NCBI GenBank assembly: GCA_004431415.1
Contig: QPMI01000224.1
Location: forward strand, 87,403 to 151,402
Source of the DNA: Cyanophora paradoxa CCMP329
Lineage: Eukaryota; Plantae; Glaucophyta
Direction: 5' to 3'
DNA length: 64,000 bases
The notes under the pieces were generated by a model. The model was not told the origin of the DNA and made no database searches. It was given only the letters and a program-made list of their open reading frames with translations. Positions 60,967 to 64,000 of the stretch are shown here, one piece after another. The position numbers and the translations under genes were made by a program. The first letter of the stretch is position 1, and each line of letters opens with the position of its first letter.

Positions 60967-63112
60967 CTAGTCGAGCTTGGGCTTCTGCGGGGTGTAGAAG
61001 AGGCGCAGGAGGGGCCCGATCACGTAGGCGAGGGGGTAGAGGGCGATGCGGTTGGAGCGGAGGACGGCGTGGAGCTTGTGGCCGGCCGGCAGGTGCGCCT
61101 TCGCCACCGCCGCCGCCTCCACGATGCTCGACAGCGCCTCCGAAAACTGCCCGCGGCCACGCAACGCCGCCCCTCAGCTGCGGCGCAGCCTGGGCGGGGG
61201 GCGGGGGCCGGGGCGGGCGCACGAGCCAGTAGGAGCGGTAGGAGAAGCCGATGCGGGCGAGCGCGACGGCCTCGGTCTGCGCGGTTCAGGGCGGGGCGGG
61301 GCGGGGCGGGGGCGGGGGCGGGGGACCTCGGCGGCGGCGTGCTGGGGGCGGCAGGCGCGGGCGAGGCGGAGGAGGTCGCGGAGGCGGCGAGGCTGCGCTC
61401 CGGTCGCCCAGCTCCTTGCGGTAGATCTCCGAGATCCGCGTCGCCCGCTCCACACTCTCCGCCTGCCCCGGCCCCCGCTCGCCCGCGCGGGCGGGGCGCG
61501 GGGGGCGCGGGGCGGGGCGGACGGGGAGGGAGCCGAGGGCGGCCTCCTCGGCCCGCACCGCCGCCTCGTACGCCTGCACCGCCAGCGGCCAATCCTCCTC
61601 CTGCCGCCCGTCGGCCCCGCGGGGCGGGGGGCGGGGCGGGGCGGACGGCCTCGGCGAGCCAGGCGAGGCGCCAGAGGGAGGCGGCGACGTCGGGGTGGCG
61701 CTCGCCCCAGACGTCGAGCCGCAGCCGCAGCAGCTGCCGGTGCACCCCCGCCGCCTCCCCGTACTTGCGCCGGTCCAGCAGCGCGTCCCCGAGCGCCGCC
61801 AGCGCCTCCAGCAGCAGCGCCGCCCCTTGGCCGGCTCCGCCGCGTGGTGGCGGGCGACGATCCCGACCCCGCCCCAGCTGCGCGATCGCCGCGTCCCGCT
61901 CCGCCTTCCTCACCTTCTCCGCCCGGGGCCCGGCACCAGCCGCGCCCGCGCCAGCCCGCACCTGCGCCCCGCCTCCGCCCGGCCCCGGGGGCGCGCTGGG
62001 CGCGGGCGGGCGGACAGGGTGTGCGCGGTGGAGGGGTGGCCGGGCCCGACGCCCTTGGGCCCGCGCTGCGCCGCGAGGACCTCCTCCAGCATCCCCACCG
62101 CCTCCTCCTGCCGCCCCGCCCCGTCGCCCCCGCGCCCCGCCCCGCCCCGCCCGCCCCGCCCGCCCCGCCCGCGCACGCGGTCGCCCCGCATGAGGAGCGT
62201 CCTCGCGGTGAGCGCGCGCGCCCGCAGCGCGTCGTCGGCGTCGGGGCCCAGCAGCGCCGCCCGCGCCTCCGCCGCCTCCCGCCGGAAGGCGAGCGCCTGC
62301 GGGGCGTCGGGCCGGGGCGGGGGCGGGCGGGGGCGTGCGGGCCTCGTCGAGGCGGGCGAGGCCCTCGCAGAGGCTGGCGCAGAGGTCGAGGGTGTCGCAG
62401 AGCTCGAGGGAGCCCGGCGCGCCGACCGCCTTCCGGTGCGCCTCCAGCGAGGCGCGCCCCTTGGCGAGCGCCTCCTCGAGCTTCGCCCCCCGGTACGCCG
62501 CCACAGCCTCCGCCTTCCGCCCCGCCGCCTCCTTCAGCAGCGCCGCGTCCCCGCTCTCCTGCGCCCCGCGCCTCACGCCGGCGCCCCGCGCCCCACGCGC
62601 GCCGCCCGCTCGCCTTCGGCCGCGCGGCGCCGGCGCTCTTGACGACGGCGTCGTTGACGGCGGCCTCCTCCGCCGACGGCATCTTCACGTGCGGCAGCTT
62701 CGCGACGTCGAGCGCGTCGGCGAACTCCTCCGCCTTCTCGCGCCGCACGTAGTCATCCCTCTTCACCGGCGGCTTCGACTTCTTGCGCGTTGCCAGCCAG
62801 TATCCGAAGATGGAGAACACGCTGCGCCGCAGGGCGACGGTCAGCGCGAATCGCGATGGCTCTGGGCAGATCGCCCAGCGCGCTGGCGACTTGTCGTGCT
62901 CCAGCAGCCAGCAACGCACGATATCACGTAGAAGACGGCCAGAACGCGCAGGAAGTACGGCCGGTGCTCCTCCTGCGGGTCCCGGCGGTTTGAACGCGGT
63001 TGCTGGTGCGCGCGCCGCGCGAGTGCGCAGATCTGGTGCGGCGGACCGGTAGGATGCGTGCAAGGAACGCGTCCATGAAGTGCACGTCCTCGTCCTCCGC
63101 CGGCGCCGCCAT
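60967..63112 (-). CDS. TPR-repeat (kinesin-light-chain-like) protein with an N-terminal TM anchor, multi-exon
   Basis: YFLRVLAVFYVISVFSIFGYWLATRKK (TM), LEAHRKAVGAPGSLELCDTLDLCASL, GPGHPSTAHTL, VWGERHPDVAASLWRLAWL. Confidence 0.75.
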
Positions 63113-63279
63113 GGCTGGCTCTGGTCGTGTACCCCAGCAGGGGGGAAGAAGTTGGACTTCGAATTCACCAGACGTCGACAGCGCTAGCGCGCGTGCGCAA
63201 CGCCGTGACGAGCAGCTGCAGGGGGGACTTCCCGACCGGGACGCCGCCGTCAATCTGGTGGGGCCCTTGCACTTCCCAC

Positions 63280-64000
63280 GCCCCGAATATTAATCACTGT
63301 ACATGTATCCACCGTGCCTCTTCTAGATCTCCGGCGTGGACCGTCGGACGCGGGGCGGAGGATGACTCATGATCATGATCAGTGAATTCGCCGAGTCGAA
63401 GCCTGTGCGCTTCGTGCGGCTCGCCTCGCCGCGGCGCTCGGGCCGCGGCGCTCCGGATCCCGGGTCCGGGGATATCGATCCCCTCTCCGGTCCGCGGCCG
63501 GTGCCGGCGGCAGGCCCCTCGAGCTCGTCGCCTGCGGGCCCCGCCTCGTCCCCATGGCCATCGTAGTTTGTCACAGTGTGGGTTCGATTCGTAGATCTAG
63601 ATTATATATAGGTAGTTTGTAGGAACCCCAGGCCTAGGGGGAGTGCACGCCCCCCTAGGGGCCTTCAGAGGCCCTCGGAGGGCCCTGCCTGCGTTGTCCG
63701 CGGCTTCTCGCCCCGTAGGTAGCACCGCCGCTTCAAAAGGCTTCTAGCTCGCGTTGTCCGCAGCTAGTATGCCAGTCTTATCAATGTGCAACGAGGGATT
63801 CAATTCAATTCGATAGATCAATACCACATCGATGATCTTGAGCTCAGCTGCAGACTGGCTACTAGGCTAAAAATGTGAATCTTGCAACCCGATATCGATG
63901 CACATGCCTACGAAAAGCGCAATCACTCGAAAAATGAATAAGCAGCTCGCGATCGGCAAATAAGCGAATCAGGTGATAATCGATAAGAACCGCGAAAAGA
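63280..64000. repeat. Palindrome-dense intergenic tract upstream of the TPR gene
   Basis: TCATGATCATGATCA, CCGGATCCCGGG, GATATCGATC, CTCGAGCTCG, TAGATCTAGA, hairpin CCTAGGGGG...GTGCAC...CCCCCTAGG (63633-63659), TGAGCTCAGCTGCAG. Confidence 0.75.

Overview
Gene-dense, GC-rich eukaryotic nuclear DNA with many short (~45-100 nt) spliceosomal introns. The organism is photosynthetic and flagellated. A nuclear petC with an MAF-starting plastid transit peptide points to a glaucophyte, probably Cyanophora (inference from recalled sequence resemblance, not a search). About 20 genes: the 3' part of a giant IPT/TIG-repeat + Cys-rich + multi-pass membrane protein (1-17719), eIF4A, a tandem giant-virus-like PD-(D/E)xK nuclease cassette, MTG1/RbgA GTPase, petC, CDC50, a muniscin/TCUP-like mu-homology protein, ChaN/DUF399, ALG3, RPB9, histone H3, two coiled-coil proteins, a CEP164-like WW protein, a PAQR, DNA polymerase epsilon, MnSOD, a DYBLUP/MOT7/TEX47-like BLUF protein, a CFAP107-like protein and a TPR protein. 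The strongest signals outside the gene list: (1) a G-rich/C-rich strand-skew oscillation written into synonymous sites and introns, with sharp C-to-G switches usually inside introns; (2) intergenic DNA built from chains of overlapping short palindromes; (3) an unusually high share of GC-AG introns with weak donors, plus one clear U12-type AT-AC intron; (4) abrupt compositional domains within single genes. Exon boundaries were read by eye. Gene ends are reliable where stated; internal structure is approximate.
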